A stretch of DNA of 63,976 bases, the filler included, from Hyphochytrium catenoides (Eukaryota; Protista; Hyphochytriomycota): NCBI GenBank assembly GCA_900088475.1. It is 8 parts of 8 records of this genome, joined end to end, with 100 filler letters (N's around TTAATTAATTAA, not from the genome) between each part and the next. Parts side by side here need not be neighbours in the genome. Positions count along the whole stretch, not along the records: positions 1 to 20,865 come from FLMG01002836.1; positions 20,966 to 25,704 come from FLMG01000535.1; 6 more parts are not named here. One strand, written 5' to 3'. Numbering within the stretch: position 1 is the stretch's first letter; every line of letters starts with the position of its first letter. The notes beneath the pieces were generated by a model, which saw only the letters and a list, made by a program, of their open reading frames with translations, ran no database searches and was not told the origin of the DNA. The position numbers and the translations under genes were made by a program. Of this stretch, positions 11,838 through 24,100 are shown piece after piece.

Positions 11838-14800
11838 CTACACAGAAGGCTTCTCTGCACTCTCTTCGCCCTTAACTGTATCAGCGGAGGACGGCTGAGG
11901 CTCCTTGACCTTCAGGTCCATCTTCCAATCTTTCAAGCTTGCTTTCCTCTGCAAAGTTCCTGTTCTTCCCTCTCCTCTGCCTCCTCCTAGCGTCCTCTTC
12001 CCTGCCCCTGTCCGGCTGGTGGGCGTGGAAGTACCTCCTCTGTCCCCTCCAGCCTTACTATCATCCTTTCTAGACTCTAAGATCCTATCGTACGCTATCG
12101 GATTGCTCTCTCTAATAATGGCAAAAATCTGTGGAAGGGAAAGAAGCTCCTCAGACAGAGAAGAAGGCGATAGTTTTTCCCCTTCTTTCGTGCGGTCTTT
12201 TCCGTCTTCCTCCTTCGAGAGGAAGAGAGAGAGACCCTTGGTTGCCTCTAGGCGCACAGCGGCATCGGCGTCAGATAGTGCCCGATAGAAAAAGTTAGCA
12301 AACTTGATATCGAGCTTTTCTTCCAGAGGTTCTGTGGCTGTCGAAGCTCCGGTGTTGGCTTTATAGAGAGCCCAACTTTTTGCAGCCCAGGAGACCAGAA
12401 TAGCTCGGGCACTCTACTTTTGCAAGGGGTTCGAGAGAGAGAAAGAGAGAGAGAGAAAAATGTGAGTGGAGGAAGTGACAGAAAATGCCAACACACTACC
12501 CTGAGCAAGTATTGAGCGAGAGAGGAGAAGAGAGAAAGAGCTCGGCATCGGCGCTCCGTCAAGAGAGAGACACAAAGGGTCTGATAGAGCCAGCAAAAGG
12601 TTTGTCGAACGTATCCTCGCCCGCCGTACCCCTAACTTGGTTACTGAGCTGTCAGAAGAGGCTGCGGCGATGTCATAGAGTTCAGAGAGAGATAGACACT
12701 TTTCTCTATACAGCGAGTCCAGAGCCTCAATGACACTGGGAATGAGCAGCTTCTGATTCTCCTATTTGGACAAAGAGCCCGAGAGAGAGAGAGAGGGGCA
12801 TGAGAAGAAGGAGGTCTTCCTCTCTCCTCTTCAAGATCTCCTTGAAGGGACCTCTTTGCATCTTATCGTTCACACTCTTCCGCTAATAAGCTATACTTCA
12901 CCCTCAACCTTTCCCCGACTGCGCGTCTATCTCTCTTCTTTCGACTAGCTTCCCTCTCCCTCTCTGCCTTACTCATGCTCTCGCACTCTCTTCCCTTTCC
13001 CTTGTTGCGCACCTTGAGCTTGACCAACAGCGCCTGCACCACTTCTTCTCTGTGAGGCCGCAGCAGATGCTTCAATGCCCTGGCCAAACGTTCCACGGCC
13101 CCCAAAGCTGTCTTTGAAACTCTCACGTGCTTCTCGGTGGCACAGCTCTAAGGGAAAAACGAGAGAGAGTAGTTTGGGACGAGGAACATTACTGACAGAG
13201 GAGGGACAAGTGAGACCTAGAGAGAGGGAAACAGAGAGAGAGAGACAGACAGACGAAGAGACAGGGACAAGGGAAAAGAGCTATGCACTTCCAACGTATG
13301 GGAAAGGGGGAAGAGAAAGAATCAGACACTAGAGAAGCGAAACAGAGGAAGCGACATGGAAAAGACGGAGATACCTAAAAACGTGGAGAGTGCAAAAGAT
13401 AAAGCAGAGAGGGGAGAGAGAGCGGTGAATCAATAGAGAGGAAGAGAAGCACACGATGCACAAGACCTACCAGGACGCAGCTCATCAAGGGCCCGTAGTT
13501 CTCTTCCGGAAGAAAGTTCTTCTTCTCTGTTACCAATGAGGCAGAGAGAACTCTCTCCTCTTCCTTTTGCAAGGCAGACGAGAGAAGAGAAAGAGCTGAC
13601 ACCTTTTCCTGCCAGGACGCATCTTCCTGCACCTTTGTGAAGAAAGAGTGGCTATCCAGGAAAGAGAGAAGGAGAAACTCTCCTGTTCCGCCTCGAGGTA
13701 GAGAGCTCACGTCCACCTCTGCTTCCTTTGAGGGGTCCACAGCGAGGTCAGGACGATCAATCTGAGATCCTCTTCTTGCCCTTGCCCGAGGAGTCTTTCC
13801 CTCTCTCTCTCCTCTCTCCTTTCCCATCTCCTGGCCCTCGGAGGGAGGATTCTCGTCTGTCTCTTCTCCCTCTTCTGCAGAGGCATCGAGAAACCTCTGC
13901 CCGCCATTTGCAGAAAGGAACGCTCTACCGTTGTTCCCCATATCGTCGCCCAGTCTACACAGTAGATGGGTTAGAGAGAGAAAAAGAGAGAGCGAGAAAG
14001 AGGCAGAGAATTGGAGAGAGGGTGGGACGAAGGGGAGAGGAGAGAGAGAGAGAAAGATGTGGGGAAGAACAAGATGGGGAGAGACATCAAGAGAGATATG
14101 AGATGATTGGCGGCTGAAATCTGAAGACATCGTGAATCATTCTAAATAGCAGAGAAAAAAAAGAAGTACGAAGAGGCAGTAGAGAGGAGGTATGGAGGTG
14201 TGGAAGAAAGAGACTAACAGAGAGAGAGAGAGACAAATGAAGAAAGAGAGACCAGTAGAGGGGGAGGAGAAAGGCTATGAGCAAAAGTAGAAAGTGAGTG
14301 GCAGAAGATCATTCAAGAGAAAGAGAGGCAAGTAAGAGAGACGATGCATTGGAGAGAGCGAGAATGGCGCCTACTACCTTAGAAGTCCCACTCCTTGACT
14401 GCGAAACTCCGCAGGAATGGGTTTCTTTGTCTCAGAATCTTGGAAGGGATACCAAGGTCCTTCTCGCTGAGGGCTCAGAATGACCTGAGAGAGAGAGAGA
14501 GAGAGAGAGAGGAGAAAGAGAGAAAGAGAATGAGAGAGAGAGACACTTAGAGACAAGGAAACGTCAGGGAATGGTTACAAAGCGCGAGGACATTGATAAA
14601 AAGTAAGAGTACGAAGAGAGAACAATGGGAAGGGATAGAGGGTAGACTGTACAAGGTAATCAAGGCTAGAAGACCGGATGACGAAGAAAGAGGGAAAGAG
14701 AGCGCGACAGACATGAAGAGAGAAGAGCCCAAAAGAAGATAAGACCGATTTTTTCATCTCACCTTCACGTTCCCTGGGCAGTCTTTGAACAGCTCTTCCA

Positions 14801-16654
14801 AGGCGTTTGGAAGGAGAAAACGATGGCTCTTGCTGTCATCGAGACAGATGTCGATCACTTCGCCTCTGTGATTCGACCAAGGTAGGAGAGATAGATGAGT
14901 ATATATATATAGCGATATAGAGAGAGAGAGAGACAGAGAGAGGGAGAGATAGAGACAGAGAGAGAGAAAGAGAGAGAGAGAGATTGAAGAGAAGAGAGAG
15001 TTCACCCTAAGTGAACTGCCCTGAAGCGAAGATAAGAATGGACTCAAGAGGAGGACAAACGAAGAAAGGAAAGAGGGAGAGGAAGGGGGAGAGAATGCAA
15101 GAGTGAGAGAGAGACACCGACACGAAGACAGAGACAGACACAGAGGGACATGGGAGAGAGACTGAATAGGGAGAGCGAGAGAGAGAGAGAAGAGAGAGCA
15201 CGCCACCTGTTTCGCGTCTCAAGCTCGTCTGGGAAGAAGAGACGCAGGTACTTCACTTGCAAAGCGTAGGCACCGCGGCTTTGATTGCCTTGGTTCCCAC
15301 TCCCGACGTCCACAATGTATCCCTGACAATGATTGCAAAAAAAAACAGAGTAAGAGATCCACCATAGCAGGGAAAGAGAAAGAAGATCAGGTTAAGAAAA
15401 TAAAGAGAGAAAGAGAGAAAAAGGTAAGGACTGAAGAGAACGGAAGAGAGAGACAGCAACAGAAGCAGAGACGACCAAAGAATGGGAAAGAGTGTACCCA
15501 CGGCCCTCAGACATAGAGACCTCAATCGCGGAATTAAGGATCACGTACGGCCTCAATGCAGAAGAGAGAAGGAACGCGGAATCTCTCTCTCTTTTTCTGT
15601 CTCTCTCCCTCTTTCTCTTCGCAAGGTCGCCGTATGTACCTTGATGAGGAAGGTTCTTCCTTTGGAAAGCTTTGGTCCCTCTGTTTTCGCCTCGACTAGA
15701 ACTTCCATGAACGGCTGAGAAGTCCGTCTCTTTCTCTCTTCCTCCTCCTGTTGATTCTTTCTCAATGTCTCCGCAAGCCGAGGGTTCTCGTGATAGATGG
15801 AGAGGACTACCTCCGCATTTGGAAGAGACGCTACCGAGAGCGGCGAAGTAGAAAAGGGGATCCAAGAGAAGAAGCGTTAGGTAGGAGAGAAATATAGACA
15901 ATAGAGAGAGACAGGAAGAACAAGAAAAGAGAGAGAGAGACGATCAGTCGTAAGGGTAAACCTGCAAGATGAGAGGAGTCAAAATAGAACTTTGACTGCC
16001 GGGTAGACGGACCGAAAGCTTGGACTGGAGAAGAAGCAGAATAAACAAGAAGNNNNNNNNNNNNNNNNNNNNNNNNNNNNNNNNNNNNNNNNNNNNNGGA
16101 CAGGAGGAGACACGGACAACTCGGAGACGGATCTCTCGCTGTTGGAGCGCTCAGGAGGCGAGGGCGGACGGGTGCTCTCTTCTCTCTCCTTCTTAGCATA
16201 AATGCTCTTCAGATCGTCCCCCACAGGCTGTACGACTACCAAGAGAGAAGAGGGACAGAGAGAGTCAGCGACAAGAAGAGAGAGAGAGGGACGGAGATGA
16301 GAAAGGAGAACAGACGAGGGAAGGAAGGCACAGGCGGCGACAGAATGGCAAAAAAAGCAAAAGAGAGAGAGAAAGGGAGAGAGTCAGGGAAAAAGAGAGA
16401 GCAACGGGAAGAGAGCACAAGAGAGATGACTGGCAATTGGGCTGACCGACGGGGCGAAGCTTTAAAATAAATAGTGAAGAGACAAGGAAGGAAAGAGACA
16501 ATCGGCAAAGGGACGAGCGTTCAGCTCACGGCAGGATGGCGAGAGAGAGAAAAGGGAAATCGATGCGAGAGGAGGTCAACGTGGAAGAGGAAGACTGAGG
16601 GCAAGAGGAATAGAGGCAAGTACAGAGAGTGATGGAGAGAACGAGGCCGACCGG

Positions 16655-16705
<51 letters not shown>

Positions 16706-17510
16706 CGACCTCTGAGTGAGATGAGAGAGAAAGTGTGGACGAAAGAGACAGAGAGAGTAGGGGAGGAAGACAACGATGATCGATGCCATCCCGCACCTGA
16801 TGGCGGTAGCGACTCTAGCTTCTGGTTCGGCATATTGCGGCGATGTTTATCCTCTGAAGCAATAGATAGAGGCCTGGGCGGAGAGAGACAGGAGAGAAGG
16901 AAAGAGAGGGGGGGAGTAGAGAGCGGAGAGAGTGACGAGACGAACGGAGGGCCAGGGAGAGAGAGAGGACAGAGAGCGGTTAGAGAGAGAGAGGGAAAGA
17001 GAGAGTGTGAAAGAATTGTAGGGAGAAAGAGAGAGAGCGGATGAATAAAGGGAAAGAGGGAGAGAGGGAGAGAGAGGAAAGAGAGAGAAGAGAAAGAGAG
17101 AGAGAGCAAGAAAGACTAAAATATATATGTGCGTGTAGGTACTGATGAGAAAGGCAGGGAGAGGAGAGACCAGTGTAAGGCCACGGGATCGAAACAAGGG
17201 AACAAGGAGGAGAGGAGTCGTGGAGAGAGAGAGAGAAAGAGAGAGATCACGGACAGGAGCAAAAGGACGGGACACGTCGCTGGTAGGGCCTACGTACCTC
17301 CTTCCGTGTGCAGACACCACTCTCCTACCGTTGAGCAGTCCTCTCACTCCGCCCACGGGCTGCCAGTCCGCGGTCCTGGGTCTCTCTCCCTCTTTTGTCA
17401 CTGAAAAGGAAAGGCAGGAAAGAGCGGGGAGCTTCACTGCTTCTCCGTCTCTCTTCTCTCTCTTGCTGGCGCTGCTATCAGATGTCTGGACCGGTTCCCT
17501 AGCTAACATT
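11838..17510 (-). CDS. Multi-exon protein with C-terminal HEAT/TOG-like repeats (XMAP215/CLASP-like module); N-terminal part unrecognised, 5' end uncertain
   Basis: Minus-strand exons between (GA)n-rich introns encode KVQEDASWQEKVSALSLL (TOG HEAT-A-like W..K/R motif), RVSKTALGAVERLARALKHLLRPHREEVVQALLVKLK and ALSDADAAVRLEATKGL (HEAT D...VR..A motif). An N gap at 16053-16097 interrupts it. Confidence 0.55.
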
Positions 17511-17641
17511 AGAAACGAAGAGGCAGAGGCAGGTCCATGACATTCGTGGCGCAGTTGGAGGAAGAAGTGTCTGCCGATAACCAAGGGTCTCCTCTTCCTC
17601 TATAGTTACAGCGACGCCTCTTTTTCTCTTCTCTTTCTCTT

Positions 17642-17677
<36 letters not shown>

Positions 17678-17678
17678 A

Positions 17679-17709
<31 letters not shown>

Positions 17710-18793
17710 TCCCTCTCTCTTGCAACCTGAACTTTAACTCCTTAAGAGCGAGTAGATCTGCAATCGCCACTTGTAGAAGATAGATCTAGAGAGAAAGACG
17801 AGGGGGAAACGGAGGGCGAGTAGGATTGAACTCTGTGAGAGCACTGAAAGTGGTCTGAAAGGCTGCAAGCGAAGATAGGGAAAGGCAGAGANNNNNNNNN
17901 NNNNNNNNNNNNNNNNNNNNNNNNNNNNNNAGAGAGAGAGAGAGAGAGAGAGGAGCAATATCGTCAGAACTCAATGTAACTCCCCAACCTACCAGCAGCT
18001 AATATCCTAAATCAAGCCAACATAAATGACAAACAAAAGGTCCCCCTTATCTAAATATTCATTATCAGTCCAGCCAAGATCACCAAAAAGCCATCAGCCT
18101 CCAAGCGACACACCGGCCAGGCGGCCCGCCTCTGATTCCACAGACCTGAAGCCACTTTCTCTCTAAACGCCTTGTTACCCAGTGAGAGACGTCTGCCGGG
18201 AGAGAGAGAGAGAGAGACAGAGAGGAGAGACAGACGGGACGGAGAGGAAAGAGAGAGAGAGAGAGAGAGAGAGAAGTACAGAGAGACAAGACGTGAGATC
18301 CACGCAACTGATGGATTGCTGCCCCGAAGACGCAGCTCGTGAAGGGCAAAGACAGGATTAGATATCACGGAAGGGAGAGAAAGGAGAGAGCTTAACGCTC
18401 TCCCGTGCAGTGATCACAAATGGAAGCAGGCTAATAACTCCTTACAAAGGAGCCGCGTGAAGAGAGTAATTTCCCTGCCTTCATGCCGCTGATTATCCTC
18501 CGCCATGCAAGAGGAAATTTGCCTCTCCCTAGCTACTTCTAAACGATCAGAGCGGAAGTAACAAGGCAAGGGCTCTTAGCAGGACAGAGGAGAGTAAGCT
18601 CATAAAGGAGCTAACAAGGCCACTGGCAGACAGAACGAGGGCGACCGTCACCAGTATTTCTGGGCAAAAGTTATTGTCCTTCTTTTGATTGAATAGTGGT
18701 ACAAAGCTATCTTATCTCTACGTCTTCCCAGCCATCCTTGGCTGCCTGACTCCTCCTCTTCGCGCGGTCACCTACGGGCTACTCTGTCTTGCC

Positions 18794-20865
18794 TTAAGCG
18801 AACTTCTCCTTCTTCTCGTTGCCAAAAATGTCTCTGTAGGCAGGTCTCTCGTAGTTGGAGCTCTCTCTCTCTTCTGCTCCTAGTCTGGCAAAGCTATCAA
18901 CCTGAATGATCTTCTCTCTTGCTTCCTCAACCTCGTCAATGAGCTTCTGCTCCTCAGCAGTGGGCTTTCTCTTCTCCTTTCTGCACTTGGTAAGGATCTC
19001 ATCTGCCTTTACAGCCTTCGGCAGCGTGTTGTGAAGGAGAGCGACGCGCTGTGGAGCAGAGAGAAAAAGAGGAGAGACAACGGAGAGAAGTGGGATAAGG
19101 GTTAGCGCGACATAACGAATCTCAAGGAAGCGAAACGACAGTCAAGCTGACGGAAGGTCTGGGAGATGGAGATGAAGAGCGATGACTGGAGAGAGAGAGA
19201 GAGAAAGAGAGAGTGAGAAGGGTTTAATATTGAGGAGAGAAGGAGAGGAAGAGAAGAAGACTACCTAGAGATGCCCCAACGAGGCACAAGAAGAAGCAAT
19301 AAAAGAACGAAGAGCTTCTCGCTATTTTCTTTTCAGTTCTCCTACCTCTTCCGCATCCTTGGGGACATGCACGCAGTGCATGAGTTGAGTCCTCACAGCG
19401 CTGTCCGTGGTGATGAGCTTTGCCACAGCTCTGGTCTGTCGGTCCGAAGGCTTATCATAAGGCTTTCCGTAGGGGAAAGTGAGCGCCTTCATTGTGAGGG
19501 CTGCAGGACGATTGGGGAAGTTGTCAAAGATGCCATAGAAAGCTTCCTGAGTATCGTACAGAATCTTGGACATAGCGTAGTCGAAGATCTTGTCACTGTC
19601 TTGCACCTAGCGAGAGACCAAGGGAAGAGAGACAGAGACAATAAAGTCACAATCAGATTTAAGGGCAAGCAAGGTGAGGTGACGGAGGAAGAGCGATTGA
19701 GGTCTATGGAAAGTCTTGAGTTCAGGAGAAGCGAGAGAGAAAGAGAGAGAGGGGTGGAGGAGAACAAAGAGAGGAAAGGACTAGGAGAAAGAGAGAATGC
19801 AATCGATCTCTACCTTGTTGTTCTTATAGAACCACAGGGTAGCATAGCCTAGGTAGAGGTTGCTGAAGACATCCGCGTAACGACCAGATAGCATCTCCTT
19901 AAACTTGATGGCACCGCCCAGGACAAGAGAGAGATCAGCAGCCAGAGCGAAGTTGGCGGCCAATCTTCCAAGCTGAGACTCATAGTACTCACCAAGGTTA
20001 GAGCGGCTGCGAGACCTGCGCGTGGAGAATATGAAGAGAAGAAAGAGGGAGACGGAGAGAAGGGAAGAGTGGAGTCAATGCACGTGACAAGAGGAATAGA
20101 AAGGGATGTCTCCCTTTCCAGCCGCTGGGGGTCGTCTCTCTCTCCTTACCTGAAGGTCGCCTTGCCAAGAGATCTGAAGGTGTTGCTCACGCCATGAGAG
20201 ATCATGTTTGTCAGCTCCCGGTTAAATCCACTTTGATCGTTTCCGTTCTGGATCGNNNNNNNNNNNNNNNNNNNNNNNNNNNNNNNNNCCTCTCTCATCC
20301 TGCCCGTCATCTGGAACTTCATCACGGCAGACAGCACTGCAGGCTGCTCGTGCTGGTTCAGCATAGAGTTCATGAGGTGCTGAGCGGACGTCATTGTGTA
20401 TGCATTGCCTCCGATGCGGGCCAAGTGCTCCTGTACGCCCTCTAGCTCAGCAATAGGGACCTTGAACTGCTTCCTAATCCTTGCGTAAGCGCCTACGATG
20501 CCTGCGCAGAACTGCGCAGCACCCACAGAGAGAGCAGGGAGAGAAATGCCTCGTCCTTCTGCCAAACAATCCATGAGCATCACCCAGCCCGTGCCTGTTC
20601 TCTCCTGTCCTCCTAGAAGCTTGTCCATAGGGATGAACACTTCTTCTCCCTCGACAGTGCCGTTCATAAACGCAGCGCCCACAGGATCGTGTCTGTCTCC
20701 AATGCGAAGCCCTGGGTGGCCTCTTTCAAGCAGAGCAATCGTGATACCTTCCTTGCCTTTGCCCTTAAGTAAACCCTGAGGATCTTTCACATCCACAGCC
20801 AGTCCGACGACAGAGGCTACGGGAGCCAGAGTGATGTATCGCTTCTTGAAGGTGGCGCTAATGCC
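18794..20865 (-). CDS. fadE: Acyl-CoA dehydrogenase, bacterial FadE-type with C-terminal extension; multi-exon, 5'-truncated by contig end
   Basis: KRYITLAPVASVVGLA, GIT.ALL, GWVMLMDCLAEGRGISLPA, GAYARIRKQFKVPI..EGVQE.LARI, PAVLSAVMK, ADLSLVLGGAIKFKEMLSGRYADVFSNLYLGYA and the terminal AREKIIQVDSF match E. coli FadE-family motifs. Stop TAA at 18794-18796. Confidence 0.9.
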
Positions 20866-20965
20866 NNNNNNNNNNNNNNNNNNNNNNNNNNNNNNNNNNN
20901 NNNNNNNNNTTAATTAATTAANNNNNNNNNNNNNNNNNNNNNNNNNNNNNNNNNNNNNNNNNNNN
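20866..20965. other. Artificial contig-joining spacer (N44-TTAATTAATTAA-N44); also at 25705-25804, 29204-29303, 31509-31608, 38193-38292, 42841-42940, 59280-59379
   Basis: Seven identical 100-bp blocks with a six-frame-stop core; genes are truncated at them. Confidence 0.97.
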
Positions 20966-21196
20966 TCTAAGGGCCCTTTTCCGGGCCCTTAAACCCATAC
21001 TTTAAGCGTTCATTATGATTTTCTAGCAGGTTGATGGAGATGAAATGGCGGCAAGTAAACACGAAATACCAATCTTCATAATGTCCTCCAGATGCTCTCC
21101 AAATCTGGGCTCAATCGGCCCAGTAGTTGCGGAGATACAGCCAATTTCCCCCAAGAGGAGGCCATTCGTCTCAAACGCATCCCTTCACCGCCCCCA

Positions 21197-24100
21197 ATGG
21201 AAAGCCTGGATAGTGGTGACGTCAATGGGGCCTCAGGTAAGGGCTGAGTGACCTCCAAGTTGCTCGACGACGTTGGAACTCATGATTTCTCCTTTCATTG
21301 ATCAGATGATGAAGGGCTAGACCAGGCAGCAGCTGCACCTCATCAGGATGTTCTTCCCCAAGCCGTGTCATTGCCGTCAGCAGCAGGAGCCACAGCTAGT
21401 GATGATAGCTCGACTAGTAGTAGGCTTCAAGAGCTGAAAAGGAAGTCCAATAGAGAGCTTGAGGAGATCTTAAGTCAGATGGGTCTTCCCAGGTCCGGTA
21501 ACAAGGATGACAAGATTGCGCGTATACTAGACCCGGCGAGAAGAAAAAAGCGCAGGACTCAGGCAACCGGTACAAGACGCGTACAACAAGGAGGTGTCAA
21601 CGGTTGGCGAAAGGACGTCGACGGAGAGAAGAAAACTTGGGCCTTGGTAGATGAAGAGGAATTTGAGAGTAAGCTGCTGTATGCTAGGTTTAAGGACAGT
21701 GTTCTAAGCATAAAGAGCAAGACCGTAAATGGGCTGCACGCTCATAATCTAGAGGAGACCAAAGCCGGGGTAGTTCTTCTTCTCTTATCTCCCCTCTTGG
21801 ACCTCTTAGTGGCAAACATCAACTCTGCAATCATTCAAGAGAACAGATCGAGAGTAGCTCGAGGAAGACAGAGGACAGAGCCAATTGAACATACTACCCG
21901 ACAAGAGGTCATCAGGTCGGCCTCGATAAAATTGTTTGCGAGCGATGCCCCAATTTTCTCATGTCATTCTAAATAGGTTTATTGGGACGATCCTGGCGAT
22001 GCAGCAAATCGATGCGTCGCCTAAGGTGAAAAGAGAGAAGCTTCGGCAGCTTGGAATCAGTATTCTATCGGACAAGCGGTATGATGAGCTAGCCAGAAGT
22101 GTCCGAGTCTTCTCGTCTGAAGGCAGGAACGGTGTCCTTGACGATCACTGGGTGCAGCAGTCAGATCTCACTCCACATTTCTCCGAGTTCGAGAGAAAGG
22201 CCTTCGAAGAGAGCCGTCGATACCTCTTCGATCTAGTGAATGCCACACTTGTTATCGATGATGAGCTGATAAACTCTCGCTCGCAAACGGTGCAGGTACG
22301 TCGCGCAATACAGGTGATGGACCACAGTAGCTTGTGCTAACCCTCTGGTCCAGAATAAATCTCTTGGGGGTGGCAGGAAGGCGGCTAAAGAAGGTCAGAC
22401 AGCCGACGCTATGGCCGATTCACAATTCCGCCTTGTGGCAGTGAGCAAGCTTAGAGCTAGAGGGGACAAGCAGATCGATAATGTCCGGAAGCTACTTGAA
22501 TGCTTTAAGGATATGCATGCAGGGAAGTCAGTGAGCAACTCTACAGTCACCATGGATAGAGGATATGCCAATGAGGAGATGCTTCAAGTGCTCCTGGAGA
22601 TGTAAGTTGTCCTCATAAGCAAATGATGATCTGCAGTAGACATGGGTTACTAAGACTACCTTCCTCTAGGGGCTTTGATCCGCTTCTGATTCTCCCAGAG
22701 CACATAGTGCGAAATCACCCCTTCATCAGCGAAACTCAGGCGACAAAACTTAGAGAAAGAGGATCGAGATATGCGGAGGCTAATCGAGGAGCTGCCCTTC
22801 ATCCTCCTACACTTGACGTGGACACTGTCGGGAGAAGTGACCCGTTGCCGGCAAGAACGGAGGCAATATCTAACGACGAAAATGATGGCGAACCAGACAC
22901 GCAAGAACTACTTATTATGGGCACTCAACTACCGCCTACAGAGGACGAAATGGCTCTTACCGACTCCGATCAGCCCCAAGATGGACCGACGACGGGCTAT
23001 CCAACTGGGGCAACTACCGCCATGGAAGCAGACGACCCTGAGGTCTTTGACGACGATGTCGATTCCAACCAAAGCATCTGGGTAATTCCAGATGAAGCGC
23101 TTCTAGGACCCACAGTTTGCCAGGCTACGAAAAAGTTTGGTCATCGTAAGGCTCAAGCTGTGCTTGTCCGCTTAAAGGGAGATCACAACGCCTGTAAAAT
23201 GCTTCGTTTTTATCTGGGTGAATCAGCAAAGGACTACTTGCATGTTTGGACTGCCCGCTATAAGCCTGGTAGTGATTGAGGTTTTCTCTATCATGTAACA
23301 ACCTGTCCTAATTCATTCCCTTATTGTAGAGCCAAATGCAGGGGAGGTTCCTTTATTCTATCCATCTCCCCGATGTGCAGAAGCAAAGCGCTCCATGGAA
23401 ATAGAGCTTAGAGAGAAATGTGTGCCGCTCACAATAGGGCAACGATGTGTGCCGACTGGTTCATCGAGCGATGCTTTCGCTGCACGGGTAGGTGTGCTGC
23501 GTTGGCTTCTGATTCATTTTATTAGCGAACTGTCAGGACTAAGAGGGCTGCCCAGGTACGATGGCCAGCAAGATAGCTCACAAGCAGGCTATTCTAGGAG
23601 ATTTACTATTTTCCCAAGGACGTGCGGATGTCAACGAGGACCCCATCGACAGGTCAAAAATTATGGATGACTTTGTATATAACAGCTGGTTTAGCCATAA
23701 GCGATCTACTGATGCTATGAGAGCTGGCACAGCAAATGAGGTCAGTGAAGAAGGCCAGGTATCCCTATTAGTTGTCTGACTAATGTTACATAGGGGCCAT
23801 TAATGGACGCCCTACGAAGGCTTGAGTGGGTGTCTTGTGCTTACGAGGTGGGTCTTCTGGCAGTGAAAGGGAAGCCTTGGCTTGCAGCCTCTCCAGACGG
23901 CATCTGTCGCTTCACACATCCCCAGACAGCCCAATCGTGCATGGCTGTCATCGAGTTTAAAACAGTCGTCGCGAACAAGGACGCTGAAGCAGCTGCCAGA
24001 CTGGCAAGACGTCATCTGCAGTCGGTCCAGCCTGACGGAAAGGCTGAGGGCTGTTGCAAGGTGGGAGATGCAGTTTGGTTCCAATGTGTGCCGACAGGGT

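Noticed and set aside
20866-20965. TTAATTAATTAA next to the piggyBac-like element as a TTAA target site, or the seven copies as a repeat family
   Set aside because: It is an artificial six-frame-stop spacer embedded in fixed N runs and is identical at every contig join.
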